A DNA stretch of 64,000 nucleotides from an uncultured Desulfurococcales archaeon (GTDB lineage Archaea; Thermoproteota; Thermoprotei_A; Sulfolobales; WANQ01): positions 3,932 to 67,931 of the forward strand of contig CAYXRT010000008.1 of NCBI GenBank assembly GCA_964467535.1, in the 5' to 3' direction. Below the pieces are notes generated by a model. That model saw nothing but the letters and a program-made list of their open reading frames with translations, was not told where the DNA came from and searched no databases. Below, piece by piece: positions 1 through 16,398 of the stretch (positions are counted from its first letter, which is position 1; the number at the start of each line of letters is the position of its first letter). Made by a program: the position numbers and the translations under genes.

Positions 1-177
1 CATCTCTTTAAATATAATCTTCTGCATTGATACCATAATTCCTTATCCATATCAACTACACCATAGCTATTACAAACGATTACTCTACCAACTATTTCAT
101 CAGGAATGAATTATTTCTAAATGATTGCTATAAAGTTTAAACATATAGTTCACTCTTAACTTAAGTAGTAGGGGTAA

Positions 178-993
178 ATGATGCTAAAGCCCTGTGGTGT
201 GATTACATTATTAACTGACTTCGGATTAAATGATCCATTTGTAGGTATCATGAAAGGTGTAATCTATAACATAAATCCGCAAGCTAAAATAGTTGATTTA
301 ACACATAACATTGAATCATATAGTATAAGACAAGCTGCACTAATACTTCTCGCTTCATATAAGTATTTCTCGAAGGGTACTATTCATGTAGTTGTCGTAG
401 ATCCTGGTGTAGGGGGTAAACGAAAGGCTATTGCTATAGAAACAACTAATTATTATTTTATTGGTCCAGATAATGGTGTCCTATTACCTGCAGCTAAAGA
501 TGATGGAATAGTGAAGATAATTAATTTGTCCAATAAAACTTTCTTCTTAAACCCTGTATCCTATACTTTTCATGGCAGAGATATATTTGCTCCATGTGCA
601 GCCTACTTATCACTTGGTATAAATATTGATACTTTCGGCGAACGCTTAAATATAGGTGATGTAGAGGATTTGAGCTTAAACATTATCGACAAATATAGTG
701 ATCATATCGTCGCCGAGGTAATTCATATCGATAAGTTTGGCAACTTAGTATTAAACGTACGCGGTGAAGTTTTATTAAATAGAGTTAAATTTGGGGATCT
801 CGTTCAATTAAACGTTCATGGTAAAGAGGTGAGTGTTAAGTTCGTGAGAACTTTTAGCGAAGTTAGTAAGCATTCCCCTTGTCTTTATATCGATAGTTTT
901 GGTTTACTTGAACTTGGAGTTAATATGGGTAATGCGCGAGAGTTCTTCAAATTAAATATAGGTGATAAAATATGTCTAAGAATAAAGCATTAA
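178..993 (+). CDS. SAM hydroxide adenosyltransferase / SAM-dependent halogenase-like (DUF62) family protein
   Basis: 271-aa ORF with 'ITLLTDFGLNDPFVGIMKGV', 'VVVVDPGVGG', 'IGPDNGVL' and 'FHGRDIFAP', typical of the DUF62 (SalL/FlA-fold) family. Confidence 0.8.
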   Translation: MMLKPCGVITLLTDFGLNDPFVGIMKGVIYNINPQAKIVDLTHNIESYSIRQAALILLASYKYFSKGTIHVVVVDPGVGGKRKAIAIETTNYYFIGPDNGVLLPAAKDDGIVKIINLSNKTFFLNPVSYTFHGRDIFAPCAAYLSLGINIDTFGERLNIGDVEDLSLNIIDKYSDHIVAEVIHIDKFGNLVLNVRGEVLLNRVKFGDLVQLNVHGKEVSVKFVRTFSEVSKHSPCLYIDSFGLLELGVNMGNAREFFKLNIGDKICLRIKH

Positions 994-1520
994 TAACATT
1001 AGATACGCGGAGAGGTATCTTCCCAGGTAGATTTCAGCCTCCACATAAAGGTCATGGTGAGGTTATTAAGTGGGCCCTTAATAGGGTTGACGAACTAATT
1101 ATAGCTATAGGTACAGCTCAAGAAAGTCATACGCTTCAAAACCCATTCACGGCTGGCGAGAGAATTGTTATGTTGAAATTAATGTTAAGTGATTTAGGGA
1201 TAGATTATTCACGAGTATACTTGATCCCTGTACCCGACATTTTTATGAATAAAGTGTGGGTTAGGTATCTTGAAGCTTTAACACCTAAATTCCATGTAGC
1301 TATCACTAGAAATCCTTTAGTTGCTCAACTATTTAGTGATGCGGGATATGAGGTTATGTTTCCTCCATCATATAATAGAGACCTATATAGGAGTACCTAT
1401 ATTAGGCGCTTAATGATTGAGGGAGGTAATTGGAAGGAGTTATTAACTCCATCTGTAGCTAAATACATAGAGTATATAAATGGTGTAGGGAGGCTTAGAT
1501 TATTATTAAAAGGAGATTAA
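972..1520 (+). CDS. Nicotinamide-nucleotide adenylyltransferase (archaeal type)
   Basis: 182-aa ORF; 'GRFQPPHKGH' (H/T-x-G-H nucleotidyltransferase motif) and archaeal NMNAT-like size; overlaps the upstream gene by 22 nt (operon). Confidence 0.85.
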   Translation: MSKNKALITLDTRRGIFPGRFQPPHKGHGEVIKWALNRVDELIIAIGTAQESHTLQNPFTAGERIVMLKLMLSDLGIDYSRVYLIPVPDIFMNKVWVRYLEALTPKFHVAITRNPLVAQLFSDAGYEVMFPPSYNRDLYRSTYIRRLMIEGGNWKELLTPSVAKYIEYINGVGRLRLLLKGD

Positions 1521-1531
1521 GGTGTAAAGAG

Positions 1532-2593
1532 ATGATGGTTATTGATGGTAGTTTTGGTGAGGGCGGAGGTCAAATACTTAGAACAACTCTAGCACTAGCA
1601 ACAGCTCTTCAGAAACCAGTTAAGATAATTAATATAAGAGCAAAAAGGAGTAACCCTGGATTACAGCCTCAACACTTAACAGTAGTTAGAGCACTTGCTG
1701 AAATATCCGATGCCGAAATTGATGGAGCTTTTAAAGGATCGAGGACATTAGTGTTTAAGCCTAGGGACTTAAAGGGAGGAAACTATGTTTTCAATATAGG
1801 TACTGCAGGAAGTATATCATTAGTCCTTCAAGCACTATTACCAGTATTATCTTTTGCTGATAGACCTTCAACTGTGGAAATAATTGGAGGAACTGATGTT
1901 CCTTGGAGTCCTCCCATAGACTACATTAAACACGTTATGATACCATTATTATCACGTCTAGGTGTTAAAGTCCTAGAAATAAAGGTAATTAGGAGAGGAC
2001 ATTATCCTAGAGGTGGAGGAAGGGTAAGGGTAGCTATAACTCCTGTAAAGGTATTGAATGCCATAAATTTAACAAATTTTGGGAAAATAATCGAGGTAAG
2101 AGGTATATCGCATGCAGTTAAATTACCTTGCCATGTGGCTAAGAGACAAGCAAGAGCAGCAAGCGAGTTCATAAGAGAACGTCTTAAAATCGAGCCAACA
2201 ATAGATATTGAATGCTATGAGCCGTCTAAGGATCCCCATCTAGGTCCTGGTAGTGGAATTGTTGTATGGGCTAAAGGTGAGCATAGCATAATGGGCGGAG
2301 ATTCTCTTGGAGCTAAAGGTAAGAGAGCCGAAATTGTAGGAAAGGAGGCTGCAATGAAGTTAATAGAGGATTTATCATCAAATACCGCTCTAGATAGACA
2401 TATGTCAGATAACATCATACCTTATTTAGCATTAGCACGAGGTACATCGAGAATTACAGGCGCAAAATTGACTCTTCATACATATACGAATATTCATGTA
2501 GTTTCAAAGATAAGTGGTGCAGAGATAAATTATGAAGGAGATTTAAATAAGCCATTCAAAGTAGTAGTTAAAGGCATTGGCTTATCTTACTGA
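1532..2593 (+). CDS. rtcA: RNA 3'-terminal phosphate cyclase
   Basis: 353-aa ORF; N-terminal 'IDGSFGEGGGQILRTTLALA', 'GLQPQHL' and 'GGTDVPWSPPIDY' are RtcA hallmarks. Confidence 0.9.
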   Translation: MMVIDGSFGEGGGQILRTTLALATALQKPVKIINIRAKRSNPGLQPQHLTVVRALAEISDAEIDGAFKGSRTLVFKPRDLKGGNYVFNIGTAGSISLVLQALLPVLSFADRPSTVEIIGGTDVPWSPPIDYIKHVMIPLLSRLGVKVLEIKVIRRGHYPRGGGRVRVAITPVKVLNAINLTNFGKIIEVRGISHAVKLPCHVAKRQARAASEFIRERLKIEPTIDIECYEPSKDPHLGPGSGIVVWAKGEHSIMGGDSLGAKGKRAEIVGKEAAMKLIEDLSSNTALDRHMSDNIIPYLALARGTSRITGAKLTLHTYTNIHVVSKISGAEINYEGDLNKPFKVVVKGIGLSY

Positions 2594-3197
2594 CAACATC
2601 TATTACTTCATCGGATTTCTTAATATGCTCTATTATTCTTCTACTTTTAACTAAGTTGATTAATCTATGGATATGAGTTTTACTTAACCCTGTTACCTTG
2701 GAGATATAAGATCTCCTAACACTTCCATGAATGATGAGATCTTTAATAATTAACGCTAATGCGACTTTTGCTCTTTCAGTTCTTGAAGCAAGAATGGGGT
2801 CTTTGTCTATGATCCTATCTATAATGAAATCTATATACTTTCTCTCGCTAAGAGGCTTGAGATCAACCTTTCTTCTCTTCAACAACTTAATAGGAGGTCT
2901 TTTTCCTATAAGAAACTCCTCAACAGCTTGTGTATCAAGTTTGAGATACGGTTTTTTCTTTATAGTATCTATCAGCTCTAGCACTTTTTGCACCTTTACT
3001 TGATCTACTTTAAGTCTTAATTCACCTACACGACTACTATAATGTTTTAATTCCATAGTCTGATGATGTATTGTACTTAGTGGAATATCATATCCATAGT
3101 ATATGTTTTCTATTACCAATCCGCAATTGGCGCAGACAACGACTCCTGCTCTTATATCCCACACTATTTCATTGGAGAGACATGCTGGGCACTTCAT
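2568..3197 (-). CDS. Short TFIIB-like protein (N-terminal zinc ribbon, C-terminal HTH-like segment, no full cyclin repeats)
   Basis: 209-aa ORF starting 'MKCPACLSNEIVWDIRAGVVVCANCGLVIEN', a TFIIB-type Zn ribbon. The C-terminus 'ISKVTGLSKTHIHRLINLV' looks HTH-like. It is too short for a canonical TFB. Confidence 0.6.
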   Translation of the reverse strand: MKCPACLSNEIVWDIRAGVVVCANCGLVIENIYYGYDIPLSTIHHQTMELKHYSSRVGELRLKVDQVKVQKVLELIDTIKKKPYLKLDTQAVEEFLIGKRPPIKLLKRRKVDLKPLSERKYIDFIIDRIIDKDPILASRTERAKVALALIIKDLIIHGSVRRSYISKVTGLSKTHIHRLINLVKSRRIIEHIKKSDEVIDVVSKISQCL

Positions 3198-3237
3198 TTT
3201 TCATCATGGTGGTTCGTAGAGGTAATAATAGATGAGA

Positions 3238-3270
3238 AAGTGAGGTTTTCTTAACCCCAAACCCTCACTT
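3238..3270. promoter_or_regulatory. Inverted repeat AAGTGAGG-N17-CCTCACTT in a divergent promoter region
   Basis: 8-bp perfect arms (3238-3245 and 3263-3270). It lies just upstream of the putative TATA ('tctattatta' on the minus strand, about 3224-3233) of the TFIIB-like gene. Confidence 0.35.
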
Positions 3271-3342
3271 AGCCGAAAGTATTAATTTTAAGTAATCTAG
3301 TAAACTTATTATCCCTTGAATGAAATGAGATAGGGGGAGAGT

Positions 3343-3939
3343 ATGTATCATTATGGAACAGGAGCGACGGCTGCAGGAGTTAAAGTAAAGGATGGCGTAG
3401 TTCTAGGGGCAGAGAAAAGATTTAGTTATGGTGGCTATATTTTAAGCAAAGTAGGTAAGAAAGTATTTGCCATAGGAGATAGGTTTGGCATAGCTTGTGC
3501 AGGCCTTGTAGCAGATATTCAAGCTATCAGCAGGATCATGTTAGCGGAAGTAAAATATTATGAAACCGTAACTGGCAGGCCGATGTCTGTACGTGCTGCA
3601 GCGAAACTATTAGCTAATGTCCTATATTCATATAAATTAATGCCGCTAATTTCAGAAACCCTATTTGGAGGAGTTGATAACACAGGTCCACACCTATTTG
3701 TAATGGATCCTTTAGGCTCATTAATTGAAGATGATTATGCTAGTGTTGGTACAGGCGCTCCTATAGCTATCGGAATAATAGAATCAGAATATAAACCCGA
3801 AATGAACATCGATGAGGCCAAGAACCTAGTAATAAAATCCATTAAAGCCGCTGTTTCAAGAGATGCCCTTTCAGGTGATGGAATAGATATATTAATAATA
3901 ACATCTGAAGGCATTAAAGAGGAATTTATAAGGATATAA
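3343..3939 (+). CDS. psmB: Proteasome beta subunit
   Basis: 198-aa ORF with a short propeptide, then '[21 protein letters not shown]', 'GLVADIQ' and 'GSG'-type Ntn-hydrolase proteasome beta pattern. Confidence 0.9.
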   Translation: MYHYGTGATAAGVKVKDGVVLGAEKRFSYGGYILSKVGKKVFAIGDRFGIACAGLVADIQAISRIMLAEVKYYETVTGRPMSVRAAAKLLANVLYSYKLMPLISETLFGGVDNTGPHLFVMDPLGSLIEDDYASVGTGAPIAIGIIESEYKPEMNIDEAKNLVIKSIKAAVSRDALSGDGIDILIITSEGIKEEFIRI

Positions 3940-3943
3940 TGTA

Positions 3944-4651
3944 ATGAAGGACTTTAGTGCTCAAAAAGCAATAAACTTGCAGAAAGCTTTAGCTAAGAAA
4001 GTGCTAGTAAAGGACTACGTAAGCTCAGAAAATATTTATACTATAGCTGCTGTTGATGCTGCCTACATAGATAATATGGCTTGTTGTTGTGCTATCTTAC
4101 AGAAGTATCCAGATTTTAACATCATTGGTTACACGATTATAGTTGATGAAGTTAAAGTACCATATGTACCCGGACTTTTAGCTTTTAGAGAAGCTCCCGT
4201 ATTCATAAAGGCGCTAAAACGCTTATTTAACAAATTCAAGGAACCTGACGTAATTATAGTAAATGGTCACGGTATTGCCCATCCTAGAAAATTTGGAATA
4301 GCATCACACGTGGGTGTCGTATTGGATAAACCCTCAATAGGAGTGGCACGACATAGACTAGTAGGTGCATTAGTAAAAGAAAATGAAAGAGAGTATCTGG
4401 TAATAGACGGTGAAAAAGTAGCTCAAAGAATTAAGGTTAAGAATTCCTACATATACGTAAGTGTAGGTCATAAAATAACACTATCTACAGCTTCAAAAAT
4501 AGTCTCTAAATTATTGATAAGTCATACGCTACCTGAACCATTATTCATGGCTGATAAACTGTCAAAGAAATACGCCAAGAGGATAAAACGTCAAAAAACA
4601 AAACATATGATAAGTCTAGATAAATGGATGAAACATGGCTGGAAAGCATAG
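3944..4651 (+). CDS. nfi: Endonuclease V
   Basis: 235-aa ORF; 'AVDAAY', 'PYVPGLLAFREAP' and 'VNGHGIAHPRKFGIASHVGV' match endonuclease V catalytic motifs. Confidence 0.9.
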   Translation: MKDFSAQKAINLQKALAKKVLVKDYVSSENIYTIAAVDAAYIDNMACCCAILQKYPDFNIIGYTIIVDEVKVPYVPGLLAFREAPVFIKALKRLFNKFKEPDVIIVNGHGIAHPRKFGIASHVGVVLDKPSIGVARHRLVGALVKENEREYLVIDGEKVAQRIKVKNSYIYVSVGHKITLSTASKIVSKLLISHTLPEPLFMADKLSKKYAKRIKRQKTKHMISLDKWMKHGWKA

Positions 4652-4752
4652 GTTGAAGCCTAAGTTTTAAATCACCATATACATTCACATTAGCATCCAC
4701 ATGGATAGTAAGTCGTTATTGAAGATAACAGAAGACGTAGTTGGAAGTTTAT

Positions 4753-4846
4753 TGGCGGGCCCGCCGGGATTTGAACCCGGGACCTACGGGTTAAAAGCCC
4801 GCCGTTATAGGGGAAATCCCTCTCTACCAGGCTGAGCTACGGGCCC
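4753..4846 (-). tRNA. tRNA-Lys(UUU) with a roughly 17-nt intron in the D-arm (non-canonical position); CCA encoded
   Basis: The reverse complement reads GGGCCCG-TA-GCTC-AGCCTGGTA-GAG[AGGGATTTCCCCTATAA]CG-GCGGG-CTTTTAA-CCCGT-AGGTC-CCGGG-TTCAAAT-CCCGG-CGGGCCC-G-CCA. The cloverleaf closes only if the bracketed 17 nt are removed. Confidence 0.8.
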
Positions 4847-4872
4847 ACCATTCTGATAGTGGTGGCGTAGAG

Positions 4873-4883
4873 TATTAAAAAAT
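4873..4883 (-). promoter_or_regulatory. Putative TATA box for tRNA-Lys
   Basis: The minus strand reads 'gattttttaatac', centred about 30 nt upstream of the tRNA 5' end (4846) and preceded by a purine-rich BRE-like 'aagaag'. Confidence 0.4.
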
Positions 4884-5014
4884 CTTCTTAAGCTTACCCC
4901 TTCTCCTAGGGTCTATAAAAATTTATAGGAGCTATATGACAGGTTGAAAGTACGTAGAGAAATGAAGGTAATAGTAAACTATATAGGAGAGTACTACAAT
5001 TAGTGGTTGATAGC

Positions 5015-5257
5015 ATGGTTAAAAAGTTTGACATATTACAACATGAACTTGTACCAAAACATGAGGTATTAGATATAAGTGAAGCACTTAAAGTATTAAA
5101 AGAGTTAAGTGCTAAACCCCAATACCTACCCTGGCTTAGAGCATCGGATCCAGTAGCAAAAACTATAGGTGCTAAGCCCGGTGATATAGTTAGAATAGTA
5201 CGTAAAAGCCCTACAGCTAGAGAAAGCATAGCATATAGATATGTAATAGCAGGGTGA
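5015..5257 (+). CDS. rpoH: DNA-directed RNA polymerase subunit H (Rpo5)
   Basis: '[19 protein letters not shown]...[31 protein letters not shown]' is the classic RpoH sequence. ATG 5015 is preferred over the upstream in-frame GTG 5003. Confidence 0.9.
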   Translation: MVKKFDILQHELVPKHEVLDISEALKVLKELSAKPQYLPWLRASDPVAKTIGAKPGDIVRIVRKSPTARESIAYRYVIAG

Positions 5258-5262
5258 AAATA

Positions 5263-8634
<3,372 letters not shown>

Positions 8635-8640
8635 AATTAT

Positions 8641-12518
<3,878 letters not shown>

Positions 12519-12523
12519 GAAGA

Positions 12524-12853
12524 ATGAGTGTAAAGGTCCAATTCGAAAACCAATTAAAGATAGCCATAAGAACAGGTAAGGTTATTCTAGGTTCAAAAAG
12601 AACAATACAATTAGCAAAGCTAGGAAAAGCTAAAGTAATAGTAGTTGCTGCAAACGCTCCACCAAAAATCAAGGAAGACATAATGTACTATGCAAAGCTA
12701 TCAAATATACCAGTTTACATTTATGAAGGATCAAGTGTAGAATTAGGAGCAATATGCGGAAAACCATTTACTGTAGCAGCATTAGCAATAATCGACGTAG
12801 GAGACTCAAATATATTGGACTTAATTAAGGGTGTAGAAGAAAGTGAAAGCTAA
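12524..12853 (+). CDS. rpl30e: Ribosomal protein L30e
   Basis: 109 aa; '[15 protein letters not shown]...[12 protein letters not shown]' in the conserved position after rpoA''. Confidence 0.9.
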   Translation: MSVKVQFENQLKIAIRTGKVILGSKRTIQLAKLGKAKVIVVAANAPPKIKEDIMYYAKLSNIPVYIYEGSSVELGAICGKPFTVAALAIIDVGDSNILDLIKGVEESES

Positions 12854-12871
12854 AGAGGTGATGAAAACTAA

Positions 12872-13309
12872 ATGCCTACAGGAATAAAACTCACAACAGA
12901 GGAAATGAAATATATTGCATTATTTCAAGACTTAACAAGAGCGTCAGTAATGGATTGCGTAATTGATGAGGATAATAATAGGATTATATTCCTAGTAAAA
13001 CCAGGTGAAGTAGGTCTAGCAGTTGGACGTGGAGGGATAAATGTAAAGAGAATGAAAAGGCTTCTAGGAAAGGATATTGAAGTTGTAGAGTATGCTGAAA
13101 AACTTGAAGATCTAGTAAAAAATGCATTAATGCCTGCAAGAGTTAAGAGCGTGAAATTAATCACAACGGGAGATGGAAGAAAGGTAGTTTATGTAACAGT
13201 TGATCCCAAGGATAAAGGAATAGCAATAGGTAAAGGAGGAAGAAATGTATCAAAAGCAAAACTAATACTCAATAGATATTTCAAGATAGATAGTATAGTA
13301 ATAATCTAA
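12872..13309 (+). CDS. nusA: NusA-like transcription termination/antitermination protein (two KH domains)
   Basis: 145 aa; two GxxG KH motifs ('VGRGGINVKR' and 'IGKGGRNVSK'); conserved position before rps12. Confidence 0.9.
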   Translation: MPTGIKLTTEEMKYIALFQDLTRASVMDCVIDEDNNRIIFLVKPGEVGLAVGRGGINVKRMKRLLGKDIEVVEYAEKLEDLVKNALMPARVKSVKLITTGDGRKVVYVTVDPKDKGIAIGKGGRNVSKAKLILNRYFKIDSIVII

Positions 13310-13408
13310 TTTCAAAGAATAACTTTTAAACTCACATACATGCTAGGTCTTTTAGGAGTAAAAGTAAAATAATACTTAATATGTACAGAGTTAGGGTGAT
13401 GAAATAAA

Positions 13409-13852
<444 letters not shown>

Positions 13853-13872
13853 CTAAGAACGGGGACATAACC

Positions 13873-14463
13873 ATGTCTGACCAGGAGGAGGTAGTTCCCG
13901 AAAGAATAAAACTATTTGGTAAATGGGATTACGAAAACATTGAAATAAGAGATCCTGGTCTTAAGAAATACATATCGCTAAAGCCTGTATGGCTTCCACA
14001 TACTGGAGGAAGGCACGAACATAGAAGGTTTGGTAAATCAGAAGTCCCAATAGTTGAAAGATTAATAAATAAGCTTATGAGACCTGGAAGAAATATGGGT
14101 AAAAAGCATCTAGCGTATAATATTGTTCAAAAAGCATTCGATATAATATACTTAAAGACAAAAACTAATCCCCTTCAAGTACTAGTTAGAGCTATAGAGA
14201 ATGCAGCACCAAGAGAAGAAACAACAAGAATAATGTATGGTGGAATAGTATATCATGTAGCTGTCGACGTATCACCTCAAAGGAGAGTAGATTTAGCTCT
14301 ACGATTCATAACTGAAGGCGCAAGACTTGCAGCATTTAATAACCCAAAACCTATAGAGGAGTGTTTAGCTGAAGAGATAATAGCGGCTGCAAACAATGAC
14401 CCCAAGAGCTATGCTGTCCAAAGAAAAGAGGAGATAGAAAGAATAGCATTAAGCTCAAGGTAA
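13873..14463 (+). CDS. rps7: Ribosomal protein S7 (uS7)
   Basis: 196 aa; '[13 protein letters not shown]' and '[10 protein letters not shown]'; follows rps12. Confidence 0.95.
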   Translation: MSDQEEVVPERIKLFGKWDYENIEIRDPGLKKYISLKPVWLPHTGGRHEHRRFGKSEVPIVERLINKLMRPGRNMGKKHLAYNIVQKAFDIIYLKTKTNPLQVLVRAIENAAPREETTRIMYGGIVYHVAVDVSPQRRVDLALRFITEGARLAAFNNPKPIEECLAEEIIAAANNDPKSYAVQRKEEIERIALSSR

Positions 14464-14550
14464 AATCAACTTTTTAAGGAAACCTTATAAGTCAGATTAC
14501 ATAGCACACAGGTGTAAATTCAAAGTGGTTTCCCGGAAAAGGTGTTAGCT

Positions 14551-15870
14551 ATGAGTGCAGAAAAACCACATTTAAACTTAATAATAATTGGACACGTAGA
14601 CCACGGCAAAAGCACGCTAGTAGGTCACCTACTATATCGTACGGGATTTATAGATGACAAGACGCTAAAGATGTTAGAAGAGGAAGCTAAGAAGAGAGGA
14701 AAAGAGTCATTTAAGTATGCATGGGTCCTAGATAAGTTGAAGGAAGAGAGAGAAAGAGGACTAACAATAGCATTATCATTCATGAAATTTGAAACAAAGA
14801 AGTACTACTTCACGATAATCGATGCCCCTGGACATCGAGACTTCGTAAAGAATATGATAACAGGTGCAAGCCAAGCAGATGCAGCAATACTAGTCGTATC
14901 AGCAAGGCCAGGAGAATTTGAAGCTGGAATGAGCCCCGAAGGACAAACGAGAGAACATGCATTACTAGCAGTAACCATGGGTATAACACAATTAATAGTA
15001 GCAATAAATAAGATGGATGCAACACAGCCACCATATAGTAAGGAGAGATATGAAGACATAAGGAAGAAACTAATGAGATTCCTAAAGTCAATAGGTTACA
15101 AGAATGTAGAGAAAATACCATTCATACCTGTATCAGCATGGTATGGAGATAACCTAATTGAAAGAAGCCCACAAATGCCATGGTATACAGGGCCTACACT
15201 AATAGAAGCTCTAGATCAATTACAGCAACCACCAAAACCAATAGATAAACCACTAAGAATACCAATACAAGACGTATATAGTATCAGAGGAGTTGGAACA
15301 GTACCTGTAGGAAGAGTAGAAACAGGAGTACTACGTAAAGGAGACAAAGTAGTATTTATGCCGCCCGCCAAAGTAGGAGAAGTGAAAAGCATAGAAATGC
15401 ACCACGTACCAAGAGAAAAAGCTGAACCAGGAGACAACATAGGATTTAACGTAAGAGGTATTGCAAGAGATGAGATAAGAAGAGGAGACGTAGCAGGACA
15501 TCTAGATAATCCACCAACGGTAGCAGAAGAATTTAGAGCCCTGGTATTTGTGGTATGGCATCCAACAGCAATAGCACCAGGATACACACCAGTAATACAC
15601 GCTCATACAGCAAGCATAGCAGCAAGAATAGTAGAAATAGAGGCAAAACTTGATAGAGCAACAGGTAAGGTAGTAGAAAAGAGCCCACCATTCATCAAGA
15701 CGGGAGATGTCGCAATAGTAAAGTTTAAGCCTATTAAACCAATGGTAATAGAGAAGTTTGAAGCCTTCCCACCCCTTGGAAGATTCGCGATGAGGGATAT
15801 GGGTAGAACTATAGGTGTAGGTAAGGTAATAGAAGTTAAGCCTATGAAGATACAGATAAAGACAAAGTAA
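14551..15870 (+). CDS. tuf: Translation elongation factor 1-alpha
   Basis: 'KPHLNLIIIGHVDHGKST', 'DAPGHRDF' and 'NKMD'. ATG 14551 is preferred over the in-frame GTG 14542. Confidence 0.95.
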   Translation: MSAEKPHLNLIIIGHVDHGKSTLVGHLLYRTGFIDDKTLKMLEEEAKKRGKESFKYAWVLDKLKEERERGLTIALSFMKFETKKYYFTIIDAPGHRDFVKNMITGASQADAAILVVSARPGEFEAGMSPEGQTREHALLAVTMGITQLIVAINKMDATQPPYSKERYEDIRKKLMRFLKSIGYKNVEKIPFIPVSAWYGDNLIERSPQMPWYTGPTLIEALDQLQQPPKPIDKPLRIPIQDVYSIRGVGTVPVGRVETGVLRKGDKVVFMPPAKVGEVKSIEMHHVPREKAEPGDNIGFNVRGIARDEIRRGDVAGHLDNPPTVAEEFRALVFVVWHPTAIAPGYTPVIHAHTASIAARIVEIEAKLDRATGKVVEKSPPFIKTGDVAIVKFKPIKPMVIEKFEAFPPLGRFAMRDMGRTIGVGKVIEVKPMKIQIKTK

Positions 15871-15969
15871 ATTAAAAATAAATCAACATCCTTTTAAGAT
15901 ATTTTTCATAATAATTTTAAACAGAGCATCTTATACACATAGTATAATAAAACACAGAGAGGAGTAAAG

Positions 15970-16272
15970 ATGCCTGCAAAAGCAAGAATCAGGCTATGGA
16001 GTACAAATATAGAGAGTTTAAATTATGTAGTTGAACAAATTAAAAGTATTGCAAAGAAAGCTGGAATAGAGATTAGAGGACCAGTAGCCTTACCGACAAA
16101 GAGACTTATTGTTCCAGTATTAAAGTTACCCCATGGTGAAGGAAGAAAGAAATGGGAAAAATGGGAAATGAGAATACATAAGAGGTTAATAGATATAGCA
16201 GCAGATGAAAGAGTTATGAGGCAGATAATGAGAGTAAGAGTTCCAGAGGACGTCTACATAGAATTACTGTAA
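15970..16272 (+). CDS. rps10: Ribosomal protein S10 (uS10)
   Basis: 100 aa; '[14 protein letters not shown]...[12 protein letters not shown]'. Confidence 0.95.
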   Translation: MPAKARIRLWSTNIESLNYVVEQIKSIAKKAGIEIRGPVALPTKRLIVPVLKLPHGEGRKKWEKWEMRIHKRLIDIAADERVMRQIMRVRVPEDVYIELL

Positions 16273-16309
16273 AAGTTAATATAAGTAAATTTTTGATAAA
16301 ATAACATGA

Positions 16310-16398
16310 GCCGGGGTGCCCGAGCGGACTAAGGGGCCGGCCTTGAGAGCCGGTGGGGCATGCGCCCCGCGCGGGTTCGAATCCCGCCCCCGGCGCCA
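16310..16398 (+). tRNA. tRNA-Ser(UGA), class II with long variable arm; CCA encoded
   Basis: GCCGGGG-TG-CCC-GAGCGGACTAA-GGG-G-CCGGC-CTTGAGA-GCCGG-[TGGGGCATGCGCCCCGC]-GCGGG-TTCGAAT-CCCGC-CCCCGGC-G-CCA. This is a GC-rich island in AT-rich DNA. Confidence 0.9.

Noticed and set aside
1-49. Possible 5' end of a minus-strand gene (ATG at 49-47, reading MDKELWYQCRRLYLKR... out of the window).
   Set aside because: Only 16 codons are visible and no motif can be assessed, so it is not supportable as a feature.
4906-5229. 107-aa minus-strand ORF overlapping rpoH and its promoter region.
   Set aside because: It is opposite a clearly conserved rpoH and is a low-complexity Ser/Leu-rich product.
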